Positions 1 through 9,616 of a stretch of 64,000 nucleotides of DNA are shown in pieces. Each line of letters starts with the position of its first letter. Position 1 is the stretch's first letter. Source of the DNA: Bacillota bacterium (GTDB taxonomy: Bacteria > Bacillota_I > Bacilli_A > RFN20 > CAG-826). The stretch spans positions 216,813-280,812 of the forward strand of contig JAURFC010000001.1 in the NCBI GenBank assembly GCA_030834445.1. The letters run 5' to 3'. The translations under genes were made by a program, and so were the position numbers. A model generated the notes under the pieces. It saw only the letters and a list, made by a program, of their open reading frames with translations. It did no database searches and had not been told where the DNA came from.

Positions 1-101
1 TGATGCCCGCGATGAACTTCAACACGATCAGCTGTTTTCGTTTGTTGATAGATCAAAAACAACCATTGGGAAAAGTGACGAGGTTGAACGAGCGCGTACA
101 T
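1..101 (-). CDS. 5' fragment of a CDS running off the window edge (possibly YtpR-like tRNA-binding protein)
   Basis: ATG at 101 abuts the stop of the M42 peptidase; open frame MYALVQPRHFSQWLFLIYQQ to the edge; identity guessed only from typical synteny. Confidence 0.5.
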   Translation of the reverse strand, partial: MYALVQPRHFSQWLFLIYQQTKTADRVEVHRGH

Positions 102-1190
102 TTAACGATCCTCACGTTGAAGTTGTTCAAATCGAGTGATAGAAAAATCTTTTAACATGGTGAGCAAGGTTTTCTTACTGGCAAAAAAATCATAGGTATC
201 AAGAATAGTGGACGGAGAATGAATACTTCGTGCGACGATACAGTGCGTTAACGTCATCACACCCGCGTTGGATTTATGAACCGCTCCCGCATCGGTCCCC
301 CCTGGAGAATCAAAATATTGAAAAGGTACGCGCGCGCGTTTCGCCATTTTTTCTTGATAAGCTAACAACGTAGGACGTGCTACCATGGAACGATCTAAAT
401 ACCGCAATAAGACGCCTTGCCCTAACTGACCGAGTTCATCCGGTTTTCCGCTACTATCGCGTGCCGGTGAGCAATCTAACACAATCGCAAAATCCGGATG
501 AATACGATGGGTCATGGTTTGTGCACCTCGTAAACCGACTTCTTCTTGGACCGAGGCACCTACATAAAGATCATAAGGTAAGTCTTTGCTTTCTAACGCG
601 TCAAGAATGGAAAGTCCCATCACAAGACTGTAGCGATTATCAAACGCTTTTCCTAAAATGCGTTGACCGCCTGCTAAGGTTTGAAAAGGTGCATCAAAGG
701 TTACCATCGCCCCGAGTTGAATTCCCGCTTCAAGAACAGCTTTTTTTGAAGATAATCCCACATCAAGGTAAACATCTTCCACGCGAGGAATGGGTGGTGA
801 ACCTGCGCCAAGTAAATGGGGTGGTGTTGCATCTATGGCACCAATCACGTATGTTTTTTGCGTAGTTTTTACGCGCATACGTTGGGAGGTTAACGTTAAC
901 GGATTGATACCTCCAATTGGCAATAAGCGCAGCATCCCGTTGTCTTCAATTTTGCTGACGATAAAACCAATCTCATCCATATGGCCCATGATCATCACTT
1001 TTAATGCATGAGGGTTTTTGGATTTTTTAACCGCAAAAATAGAACCTAAAGCATCGGTAATAATGGGGAGATTTTTTGCTTCAAAATGTCGCTTTAAAAA
1101 TGCAGCAACTTCATTTTCTTGACCGGAAATGGCATTTTTTTCTGAAAGTGTTTTAAACCAAGATAATTCTTTTTTTGTTAAGTAATTCAT
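102..1190 (-). CDS. M42 family metallo-aminopeptidase (glutamyl aminopeptidase-like)
   Basis: Motifs GHMDEIG, KAFDNR, VQEEVGLRGA, GGTDAG, IHS. Confidence 0.93.
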   Translation of the reverse strand: MNYLTKKELSWFKTLSEKNAISGQENEVAAFLKRHFEAKNLPIITDALGSIFAVKKSKNPHALKVMIMGHMDEIGFIVSKIEDNGMLRLLPIGGINPLTLTSQRMRVKTTQKTYVIGAIDATPPHLLGAGSPPIPRVEDVYLDVGLSSKKAVLEAGIQLGAMVTFDAPFQTLAGGQRILGKAFDNRYSLVMGLSILDALESKDLPYDLYVGASVQEEVGLRGAQTMTHRIHPDFAIVLDCSPARDSSGKPDELGQLGQGVLLRYLDRSMVARPTLLAYQEKMAKRARVPFQYFDSPGGTDAGAVHKSNAGVMTLTHCIVARSIHSPSTILDTYDFFASKKTLLTMLKDFSITRFEQLQREDR

Positions 1191-1804
1191 CGTTTTTTTG
1201 CTATCAACCGATAAATCGGTTCTCCTCTATCGCGAAAGTATCGCTCATATTCCGTGGCAACGTCCCCGTCTTCTACCGAATCATACGGTTCTTGCACGAA
1301 TATTATATCATATGGAAAAAGTGCTAAATTTTTCAGGGTAAACGCGAACAAATCATGATTATCTGTCTTCATGATGAGTAACCCTGATGCTTGAAGAATC
1401 CGTGTGATTTTTTCTAAATTACCGATGGCTGTTAAACGTCGTTTATGGTGACGTAATTTCGGCCATGGATCAGAAAAATTTAAATAAATGGTTTGAAAGG
1501 TTTCATCTTTCATCGTTAAGGAAAATTTTGCAAAATCGCCTAAGAGTAAATGAACATTCGGAAGTTCATGTTCAAGAACCTTTTTAAGTGCAAAGGCAAA
1601 AACGGTAGTCGCCCGTTCAATCCCATAATAATAAATATGCGGGTTTAGCGATGCTTTTCCTACGATAAAATCGCCTTTTCCCATACCAATTTCCAAATGA
1701 GCATGGCTGGCATGTAGGACGACAAAAGGATGATCGTCTTGGGTAATTCGTGAGGCGTTTTCAGCAATAAGAGGCTTGGCCCAAGGTTTATTTTTTAAGC
1801 GCAT
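1187..1804 (-). CDS. trmB: tRNA (guanine-N7)-methyltransferase
   Basis: MRLKNKPWA start, LEIGMGKG, NFSDPWPK..HHKRRLT, KTD, TEYE. Confidence 0.96.
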   Translation of the reverse strand: MRLKNKPWAKPLIAENASRITQDDHPFVVLHASHAHLEIGMGKGDFIVGKASLNPHIYYYGIERATTVFAFALKKVLEHELPNVHLLLGDFAKFSLTMKDETFQTIYLNFSDPWPKLRHHKRRLTAIGNLEKITRILQASGLLIMKTDNHDLFAFTLKNLALFPYDIIFVQEPYDSVEDGDVATEYERYFRDRGEPIYRLIAKKR

Positions 1805-3164
1805 GCATGCGACCTAAATCTGCCATCGCACGTGCATAAATACTAATACTACGCGTGAAGTCTTCTAAATCGATTTTTTCATCGTTTTCGTGAATAAAGT
1901 CTTCTTTTCCAGGAAATTTACTGCCAAAGGCAACGGTATTTTTTGCTTCTTTTGCATACGTTCCACCACCAATGGTCACCATTGGGGTTTTCTTATCACC
2001 GGTTTCTTCTTGATACGCATTTAATAAGGTTTGAATCATGGGTGAATCAGGTTGCATCAATAACGGTTCTGATACCATTAACGCCTGGAACGAAAGTGGT
2101 TTGGGTGTAATGGTCTTAACGCCTTGGGCAACGGTATCAAAGGAGACGGTTTCAGGATATCGATAATTGGCGATTAATGAAAATTTTCCTTTGATTAAGT
2201 GAATTAAACCCACATTCAGCGTTGTTTCATGAAGGAGTTTACTGCGATAATATTGACCGAGTTTTTTCCCGTTAAATTGACTGTATTGTTGCGCAATCCT
2301 CACGAGTTCGGGGAAAGGATAAATACGCGCTAACACGCCTAATAGTTTCGTACCGGCATTCACACCCAATTGCGGTAAGGACCCATGAGCCGCTTTTCCA
2401 AACAAGGTGATGGTTGTGGTTTTTCCTTCATGCTTAACCGAATAGGGAAGTTTAGTGGCTCGCAAGATCGGTTCAATACGATCATAGCGATCAATAACAG
2501 CCGTCGCTTCATCAATCACGGAGTTGGCCACAATGCCAGCCCGAATTTCATGAATCGAGGGCCAGGCTACTTTTCCAGAAATTTCATAATTAGCAATCCC
2601 TTTTTCTCCGTAGATTAACGGAAAATTACCATCGGGGGTAAACCCACTTTCCGGGTAAGGTTTTTTTAATTGATGGAAGTAATATTTTAAGCAACCGCTG
2701 CCTTTTTCTTCATTACCACCAATGACAAGCCGCACTTGATAACCCTCAATGAGGGAATGATCTTTCAAGAGTTTTAAAGCATAAAATGCTGCTAGGGCAG
2801 GACCTTTATCATCTGAGGTCCCTCGACCATACATTTTTTCATTTTCAATCACACCACCAAAAGGGGGATGAATCCATCCTTCGGCAACGGGAACGACATC
2901 CGCGTGCGCATACACACCAATGAGTGGGCCATTTCCAATGGTAATTTCTGTTGCATGACCATCACAATAATCGACTTTGAATCCTTCTTTTTCAGCAAGT
3001 TTTCCGATAAACTGTAATGCTTGATAAACGCCTTCACCATAAGGTTTCTTTTTACCAATCGTTTTTTCATCGTGAATGGAATTAATTTGAATCCAGGAAC
3101 TTAATTGACGAATCGCTTCCTCAAAATAAGGTTCTGCATAAGTTTGAAATGGGGTTTTCATCAC
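1788..3164 (-). CDS. pepV: M20 family Xaa-His dipeptidase (PepV/Sapep-like)
   Basis: HADVVP, GRGTSDDKGP, GGNEE, PDGNFP..EKG, GGGTYA, IHENDE. Confidence 0.88.
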   Translation of the reverse strand: MMKTPFQTYAEPYFEEAIRQLSSWIQINSIHDEKTIGKKKPYGEGVYQALQFIGKLAEKEGFKVDYCDGHATEITIGNGPLIGVYAHADVVPVAEGWIHPPFGGVIENEKMYGRGTSDDKGPALAAFYALKLLKDHSLIEGYQVRLVIGGNEEKGSGCLKYYFHQLKKPYPESGFTPDGNFPLIYGEKGIANYEISGKVAWPSIHEIRAGIVANSVIDEATAVIDRYDRIEPILRATKLPYSVKHEGKTTTITLFGKAAHGSLPQLGVNAGTKLLGVLARIYPFPELVRIAQQYSQFNGKKLGQYYRSKLLHETTLNVGLIHLIKGKFSLIANYRYPETVSFDTVAQGVKTITPKPLSFQALMVSEPLLMQPDSPMIQTLLNAYQEETGDKKTPMVTIGGGTYAKEAKNTVAFGSKFPGKEDFIHENDEKIDLEDFTRSISIYARAMADLGRMHALKK

Positions 3165-3165
3165 G

Positions 3166-3786
3166 TTATCTCCTTGCGTTAATTATACGACGAATGCTCG
3201 GAATTTTCGAGGATGCAACCGCAAGCGTAGGCAGTAAGAAAAAAGCGATGAGGGCTTCCCAAATGCCATTGAGGCTGAGCACCAAAAGAATAAACGTCCA
3301 ATACGTTTCATTAAAGCCAATGCCGGCGAGCGCTTCAAGCACATTTTGTCCTTGTAATAATCCCATGATGCCTAAAACAAGCAAGGTATGCATTACGGTA
3401 AAAATCGCTGCAAACATGGCTAGTACACTTCGTTGAATCCAAACTGTTTTTAGTAACGTTTGAATCAAAGTAAATCCGATTCCCGCCAGGAGACCAAACA
3501 TGAGGCGTGGGGTAATGGAAATTAATGGGTTTTGAAAGAAGGGATCGAGAATTCCCGTTGGATTGGCACTGGCTTGCCAAAACGAAAGAAAGCCAAATAA
3601 AAAACCATAATATAATCCCCCTCGCCAGCCAAATAAAAATGCACCGACAAGGACAGGAATGTGCATGATGGTAAAGGATACCGCAGGATTAATCGTAATA
3701 AAGCCTAAGGAAGGTATCAGTCCCATTAAAAGCAAAATGGCCGTCAGCATTGCATTAAACGACATCACAAAAAGACGTTGATTCAT
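3166..3786 (-). CDS. ECF transporter S component, probably pantothenate-specific (PanT-like)
   Basis: Hydrophobic, TIMHIPV motif, PRL motif; translationally coupled to coaX. Confidence 0.8.
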   Translation of the reverse strand: MNQRLFVMSFNAMLTAILLLMGLIPSLGFITINPAVSFTIMHIPVLVGAFLFGWRGGLYYGFLFGFLSFWQASANPTGILDPFFQNPLISITPRLMFGLLAGIGFTLIQTLLKTVWIQRSVLAMFAAIFTVMHTLLVLGIMGLLQGQNVLEALAGIGFNETYWTFILLVLSLNGIWEALIAFFLLPTLAVASSKIPSIRRIINARR

Positions 3787-4553
3787 AAAAATAACTCCTT
3801 GTTTTTTTGATAAATTGTGAATAAACCATCAACATTTAAAAAAGGATCCCATTGAACATCGCTAGGTAGATGATCGTTAAAATAATGACTGTACCCTCCC
3901 GTCATAATTTTTTTGCATGGATAACCCATTTCTTTTTCAATTCCATTCATGAGATTAAAGACCATCGCTTCATGACCCAAAATTACACCTGATGTAATTG
4001 AATCAGGGGTGTTTTTTCCAAGAATTTTTGTGGGTCGTTTTAAGGGAATATCCATGAGTTGAGACGCTTTTCCAATGAGTGCTTGATAGGAAATCATAAA
4101 CCCAGGAAGAATACTAACGCCAATCAAACGACCGTGTTGATCAATACCGATGAGTTTTGTTGCCGTCCCTAAATCTGCAATGATACAGGGATAGCCATAG
4201 CGGTTCATCGCTTGAACCCCATCGACAACTAGATCACTCCCAAGTTCGCTAGGATGGTCAATTTGTATGGGTAGTCCTGTCTTAAAACCTTTGGAAAAAA
4301 CAACCGGTTTTTTGTGAAGGAGTGCGGTTAAAATCGTTACCATCATCGGGGTGATTGAGGGCACAACACTACTGATGAAAATTGCTTCTGGCAAGGTTAA
4401 ACAATACCGCGAGAGCATCGGTTGTAATTTTATTGTAAATTCATCTTCGGATAAATTATGTTCGGTAAGAACGGTAAAAAAAGCAGTTCGCTTTTCGTTT
4501 TCATAGGTTGCAAAGCTTAAGGCAGTATTGCCAATATCTAAGACTAAAACCAT
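3783..4553 (-). CDS. coaX: Type III pantothenate kinase
   Basis: LDIGNT, SSVVP, LGSD, DLGTAT, GKNT, TGG. Confidence 0.94.
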   Translation of the reverse strand: MVLVLDIGNTALSFATYENEKRTAFFTVLTEHNLSEDEFTIKLQPMLSRYCLTLPEAIFISSVVPSITPMMVTILTALLHKKPVVFSKGFKTGLPIQIDHPSELGSDLVVDGVQAMNRYGYPCIIADLGTATKLIGIDQHGRLIGVSILPGFMISYQALIGKASQLMDIPLKRPTKILGKNTPDSITSGVILGHEAMVFNLMNGIEKEMGYPCKKIMTGGYSHYFNDHLPSDVQWDPFLNVDGLFTIYQKNKELFL

Positions 4554-4560
4554 AGTACCT

Positions 4561-4593
4561 CCGCTCTCATCTTGTTACCAAGTATGATGCTAG
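4561..4593 (-). promoter_or_regulatory. GNRA-capped, A-bulged hairpin abutting the coaX RBS (candidate cis-regulatory RNA)
   Basis: CUAGCAUCAUACUUG-GUAA-CAAGAUGAGAGCGG, just downstream of a TATACT -10 (4598-4603) and overlapping GCGGAGG. Confidence 0.4.
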
Positions 4594-4614
4594 TGTAAGT
4601 ATAAACTATCGGCA

Positions 4615-7020
4615 CTAAATGACGATAAAATTTACTAATTTATTTTTAACGACAATTACTTTTTTAATGGTTTTACCCTCAAGATATTTTTGCACTTCAG
4701 GTTTTGCTTGAATCACGGTTTGAACCGCTTCATCACTTAAACCATTTTCAACTTCAATCGCCACCTTAAATTTTCCATTTAAGCTGACTGCAATCGAGAG
4801 CGTCGATTGAATGAGTTTCGTTTCATCATAGGTCGGCCAAGGTGAAAAGGCGAGCGTTCCCTCAAATCCTAAAAGCGACCATAATTCTTCGCCAAGATGG
4901 GGAGCAACACACGAAAATAATTGAATAAAACCTTTTAGATATGGACGATATATCGAGGGTGCCTTATATGCTTCATTAATGAAAATCATCATTTGCGAAA
5001 TCGCCGTATTCATTTGTAAATTTTCAAAATCAAGCGTAACTTTTTTTACAAGGGTATGATACGCAAAATCCAACGATTGATCATTTGCGTCTTGTTGAAG
5101 GGATTGATAATCTGGAGCTACCATGAGGCGATAGACACGGTCTAGAAATCGCCGTGCCCCTTCTAGCCCACTATTGGACCAAGGAAGTGACGCTTCAAGG
5201 GGTCCCATAAACATTTCATAAAGACGTAACGTATCGGCACCAAATTGATCGATAATTTCATCAGGGTTGACAACATTTCCGCGAGATTTTGACATTTTTT
5301 CTCCGTTTTCACCTAAAATCATGCCTTGATGAAAAAGTTTTTTAAAGGGTTCTTGGGTCGTAACAACCTCTAGGTCAAATAAAAATTTATGATAGAACCG
5401 AGCATAAAGTAAATGCAAGACAGCATGCTCAGCACCCCCCACATAAAGATCCACGGGTAACCAATGTTTAAGGAGTTTTTCATCCGCGATTGTCGTGTCA
5501 TTTTTGGGATCTAAATAACGAATATAATACCAGCAACTTCCCGCCCATTGAGGCATGGTGTTTGTTTCACGTACATACCGTTTTCCATCAAGGACAACAT
5601 CGAGCCAAGATCCTGCATGAACTAAGGGAGATTCACCCGTACCGCTTGGTTTAAACTCTTTTAATTCGGGTAGTAATAAGGGTAGCTCATCCACTCTAAC
5701 AGGAACGATTTCTCCGGTTTCTTTTTCAAACATGACCGGAATGGGTTCTCCCCAATAACGTTGACGCGAAAACAACCAATCCCGAAGTTTATAATTGGTT
5801 TTCCAGCGACCTTGTTGCGTGGCAATCAGTTTTTCTGTGATGATTAGTCGAGCATCTTCAATCAACGTCCCATTCGCGTTTTCAGAGGCGATGTGGGGTG
5901 CATCATCAATCATCGCCGCGCTTCCATCAAACCCTTCCAAAACAGGAATTATCGGCAGATCATACGTTTTAGCAAAGGCAAAATCACGTTCATCATGGGC
6001 AGGAACGGCCATGACGGCACCCGTACCATAACCATAAAGAACATAATCAGCGACCCAAATGGGTAATCGGGCTTGATTGACTGGATTAATGGCATAAGCT
6101 CCCGTAAATACTCCTGTTTTTTCTTTATTAAGTTCGGTTCGATCTAAATCAGATTTTGTTGAAACCACTCTTCGGTATGCTTCAATGGCATCACGTTGCG
6201 AAGCCGACACAATGACATCGACCAGGGGATGTTCTGGAGCAAGGACACAATACGTAGCACCATACAAGGTATCCGCCCGCGTCGTAAAGACTGTAAATTG
6301 TTCTGACGTTTTTTCAACTTGAAAATCGACTTCAGTTCCCTGTGATTTCCCAATCCAGTTTTTTTGCATATCCAAGGTGGATTTGGGCCAGTCTAAACCG
6401 TCAAGTCCATCGAGTAAGGAATCCGCATAGGCGGTAATTTTTAGGACCCATTGACGCATTAATCGCCGTTCGACAGGGAAGCCACCTACTTCGGATTTTC
6501 CATCAATCACTTCTTCATTGGATAAAACTGTTCCTAATGCCGGACAAAAATTAACGGGTTTTTCATCAATATAAGCGAGACCTTTTTCGAGAAATTTTAA
6601 AAAGATCCATTGCGTCCACTTGTAATATTGCGGATCCGTCGTTGCAAGTTCTTTCGTCCAGTCATAACTAAACCCAAGGGCTTGAATTTGTTTTTTAATA
6701 TTCGCGATATTTTTTTCAGTAAATCCCGCAGGATGATTATTAGTTTTTAACGCGTATTGCTCGGCAGGCAAGCCAAACGCATCCCACCCCATGGGATGCA
6801 AAACGTTATACCCTTGCATCCGTTTCATACGGGCGATAATATCGGTGGCCGTATAGCCTTCAGGATGACCAACATGGAGTCCTTGGGCAGAAGGATAAGG
6901 AAACATATCCAGGATGTAGTATTTGGGTTTTGAAAAATCATAGACATCGGTGACAAAAATTTGCTCTTTTTCCCAATAGGCTTGCCACTTCGGCTCGATT
7001 TTTTTGTGATCGTAATTCAT
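4615..7020 (-). CDS. leuS: Leucine--tRNA ligase
   Basis: DMFPYPS..LHVGH, TTRADT editing domain, KMSKS. Confidence 0.98.
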   Translation of the reverse strand: MNYDHKKIEPKWQAYWEKEQIFVTDVYDFSKPKYYILDMFPYPSAQGLHVGHPEGYTATDIIARMKRMQGYNVLHPMGWDAFGLPAEQYALKTNNHPAGFTEKNIANIKKQIQALGFSYDWTKELATTDPQYYKWTQWIFLKFLEKGLAYIDEKPVNFCPALGTVLSNEEVIDGKSEVGGFPVERRLMRQWVLKITAYADSLLDGLDGLDWPKSTLDMQKNWIGKSQGTEVDFQVEKTSEQFTVFTTRADTLYGATYCVLAPEHPLVDVIVSASQRDAIEAYRRVVSTKSDLDRTELNKEKTGVFTGAYAINPVNQARLPIWVADYVLYGYGTGAVMAVPAHDERDFAFAKTYDLPIIPVLEGFDGSAAMIDDAPHIASENANGTLIEDARLIITEKLIATQQGRWKTNYKLRDWLFSRQRYWGEPIPVMFEKETGEIVPVRVDELPLLLPELKEFKPSGTGESPLVHAGSWLDVVLDGKRYVRETNTMPQWAGSCWYYIRYLDPKNDTTIADEKLLKHWLPVDLYVGGAEHAVLHLLYARFYHKFLFDLEVVTTQEPFKKLFHQGMILGENGEKMSKSRGNVVNPDEIIDQFGADTLRLYEMFMGPLEASLPWSNSGLEGARRFLDRVYRLMVAPDYQSLQQDANDQSLDFAYHTLVKKVTLDFENLQMNTAISQMMIFINEAYKAPSIYRPYLKGFIQLFSCVAPHLGEELWSLLGFEGTLAFSPWPTYDETKLIQSTLSIAVSLNGKFKVAIEVENGLSDEAVQTVIQAKPEVQKYLEGKTIKKVIVVKNKLVNFIVI

Positions 7021-7035
7021 TGCATTTCCTCCAAT

Positions 7036-7185
7036 AAAAAAACGTCCATTTTGAAGGACGCTTTTAAGCGCGGTACCACCTTACTTTACACGTGAACGTG
7101 CACACTCAAACCCTTTTAACGCAAGGGTACGAATTGATACATTTTGGGTGAGAAGAAGGGACGCCCTTCGTATTCCAAATCAATT
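7036..7185 (-). ncRNA. T-box riboswitch (Leu) with abbreviated Stem I
   Basis: T-box AAGGUGGUACCGCG (7069-7082), antiterminator closing with CGUCCUU, terminator GCGUCC/GGACGU plus U-tract, CUC codon in the Stem I internal loop, upstream of leuS. Confidence 0.88.
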
Positions 7186-7271
7186 AAATGTATTTTAGCA
7201 TAATTAAGCAAAATATGTTGTGAATTTCTCGGATCCGTGATACTATCTACACGTTGTCGGAGGAGATCAAA

Positions 7272-7466
7272 ATGGCAAGAGTATGCAAAGTTTCAGGTAA
7301 AGGACCCATGACGGGAAATGCCCGTAGTCATAGTTTACGTGCGACACGTCGTACGTGGAATGTTAATTTACAAACCTATCAAATTACGGAAAACGGTGTG
7401 ACCAAATCTGTGAAGATGTCCGCCCGTGCCTATCGCAGTTTGATGAAAAATCAAGCTACCCGATAA
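7272..7466 (+). CDS. rpmB: 50S ribosomal protein L28
   Basis: MARVCKVSGKGPMTGNARSHS..TRRTWNVNLQ; GGAGGAG RBS before ATG 7272. Confidence 0.96.
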   Translation: MARVCKVSGKGPMTGNARSHSLRATRRTWNVNLQTYQITENGVTKSVKMSARAYRSLMKNQATR

Positions 7467-8100
7467 GTAGCGCGATTAGCCAACTGACGAAAAAGAGCAA
7501 TCCATTCGCTAAACTCAACCACGTCGTATACGCCAGCACAAACCAATTGGGTCGCTGTACACGTGGTTTTTTATTTTCTTCTTCAATTCGCTCAAGTTGA
7601 TACCACGTTCTTAAACGAGGATTGATGAGTAAAAAAGACTGGAATAACCATTGGATCGTCATGGTCCATGGTAAAAAACGTTGGAGTGCTTCATAAGGAC
7701 CTAAATACGTTGCGTATATTCCTACGGCTAGTATCATCCACGTCAAAACAAGGATGATAATATGCATTAATAAAAACCAAGGGAGCATACGGGGTTTAAT
7801 CCAAGCAAGAAGACTCCAAACGATCACCCATAGCAATAAAAGAATCCATAGCCATTGAAAAGGTACGGGAGTAAAACGTTGCCAAGCTTGTTGAACCCAA
7901 CCGATTCCAAGGCTGGCGATGACAACGATACTTAAGAAAAAAACAGGAGAGAAGTGAAAATAACGATTCTCAAAAAGTTCATAAAGAAACTGATTTTGCC
8001 AACGGAATCGAACGCGATGTTCACGCTGATATTCTCGAACACCTAGGACGCCTAGAAAACATACACTTAAAACAAATGCCCAGCCAAAGGCAATGATCAT
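7456..8100 (-). CDS. Hypothetical integral membrane protein (several TM segments)
   Basis: Trp/Leu-rich hydrophobic segments; ATGA-coupled to rpe. Confidence 0.75.
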   Translation of the reverse strand: MIIAFGWAFVLSVCFLGVLGVREYQREHRVRFRWQNQFLYELFENRYFHFSPVFFLSIVVIASLGIGWVQQAWQRFTPVPFQWLWILLLLWVIVWSLLAWIKPRMLPWFLLMHIIILVLTWMILAVGIYATYLGPYEALQRFLPWTMTIQWLFQSFLLINPRLRTWYQLERIEEENKKPRVQRPNWFVLAYTTWLSLANGLLFFVSWLIALLIG

Positions 8101-8765
8101 GAGGAATGATGTCCTAATTTAACCAGACGATCATGAAGATCTTTTTTCTGAAATAAGTAACTACCTGCAACTAAGATATCGGCACCGGCTTGTAAGCATT
8201 GTGGACCAGAAACATCATCAATCCCACCGTCCACTTCAATTAAATAATGCCATTGATGGCGTTGACGTTGCTCCTTAAGATAAGCAATTTTTTCTAGTGC
8301 GGAAGCAATAAAAACTTGGCCGCCAAAGCCTGGTTCTACGGACATGACTAACACAAGATCCACCAATGATAAGTAAGGTTGAAGTGCTTCTACAGGTGTG
8401 CCAGGTTTTAAACTTATTCCTACAAGAATGTTTTTTCCTTTAAGATAATGAATAAGTTTGTTACCGAGCGGAACATCGACGACTTCAACATGAAACGTAA
8501 TCAATTTAGCCCCTGCTTGAATAAACATATCAAGATATTTTTCAGGATTGGAAATCATTAAATGAACATCGGAAAAAATGGAATAAGCCTCATTAACTTG
8601 AGAAACAATATTTGCCCCATAGGAAAGGTTTGGAACAAAATGTCCATCCATGATATCAAAATGAAACATCGAAACCCCTTCCTCTTTCATGGTCTGAATG
8701 TTTTCCCCGAGTTTCAAAAAATTCGCGGCTAAGATACTCGGTGCAATTCCAGGTTGTAATTTCAT
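8097..8765 (-). CDS. rpe: Ribulose-phosphate 3-epimerase
   Basis: IAPSILAA, HFDIMDGHFVPN, DVHLM, MSVEPGFGGQ, EVDGG; start at the ATGA overlap with rsgA. Confidence 0.97.
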   Translation of the reverse strand: MKLQPGIAPSILAANFLKLGENIQTMKEEGVSMFHFDIMDGHFVPNLSYGANIVSQVNEAYSIFSDVHLMISNPEKYLDMFIQAGAKLITFHVEVVDVPLGNKLIHYLKGKNILVGISLKPGTPVEALQPYLSLVDLVLVMSVEPGFGGQVFIASALEKIAYLKEQRQRHQWHYLIEVDGGIDDVSGPQCLQAGADILVAGSYLFQKKDLHDRLVKLGHHSS

Positions 8766-9616
8766 TCGTAATGTTTCCTTTCTAAACATGTCTCACTCAA
8801 TTTTTGGTACGTTTCGTAAACAAAGACTGGGATTTTACCCGCTTTCACTTCTGCCTTTATTGTACATCCTGGTTCATCAAGATGAAGACAATTTGCGAAT
8901 TTACATGTCCCTACGTAGGCAGAAAAACCAGGGAAATCTTGGGCAAGCTCTTTTTTTAACATCGGTAACTCTAAGGAAGAAAATCCGGGAGTATCGACAA
9001 GGTATCCTGTAAGAAAGGGGACCATTTTAACTTCTTTTGTTTCATGTCGACCGCGTCCTAATGCTTCTGAGTAACTCCCAATTTGTCGTTGAAAATCAGG
9101 GTTAATTAAGTTAATTAAAGAAGATTTGCCGACGCCGGTTTGCCCGGCAAATGCAACAACTTTTCCCTGCATACGTTCAATGAGTTTTTGGCGATCTTGT
9201 TCTTGATTTCGATTCACAAAAACAACATCTTCACCAATGGAATGTAAGTAGTCTAATGCTTCTTGATACGGAGTTAAAGACGCTTTATCGAGTTTGGTAA
9301 TGAGAATGGTTTTTTGAATATGATGATACGTTGCAAAGCACATAAACATCATCAGCAAGTTAAATGAAAATGGCGGCTCAACAAGACTATTAACAATAAA
9401 CAAATGATCTAAATTCGCTAATCTTGGTCGCGCTAAATACGTTTTTCTTTCCTCGATGGAAAGTATAAGGGAGTGGGTTTCATCCAGCGTAATAACATCG
9501 CCGACAATGGGCTTCTTTTTTAAACGTAACGTTTTCGGGAGATGCACCGACCGAATATTCCCATCGATATCCACCAGATACTTACCAAAATCAAGGGCGA
9601 CGATGCGTGCTTTCAT
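8762..9616 (-). CDS. rsgA: Ribosome small subunit-dependent GTPase A
   Basis: TKLD, GQTGVGKSS, GRGRHET, DTPGF, CKFANCLHLDEPGC zinc finger. Confidence 0.96.
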   Translation of the reverse strand: MKARIVALDFGKYLVDIDGNIRSVHLPKTLRLKKKPIVGDVITLDETHSLILSIEERKTYLARPRLANLDHLFIVNSLVEPPFSFNLLMMFMCFATYHHIQKTILITKLDKASLTPYQEALDYLHSIGEDVVFVNRNQEQDRQKLIERMQGKVVAFAGQTGVGKSSLINLINPDFQRQIGSYSEALGRGRHETKEVKMVPFLTGYLVDTPGFSSLELPMLKKELAQDFPGFSAYVGTCKFANCLHLDEPGCTIKAEVKAGKIPVFVYETYQKLSETCLERKHYE

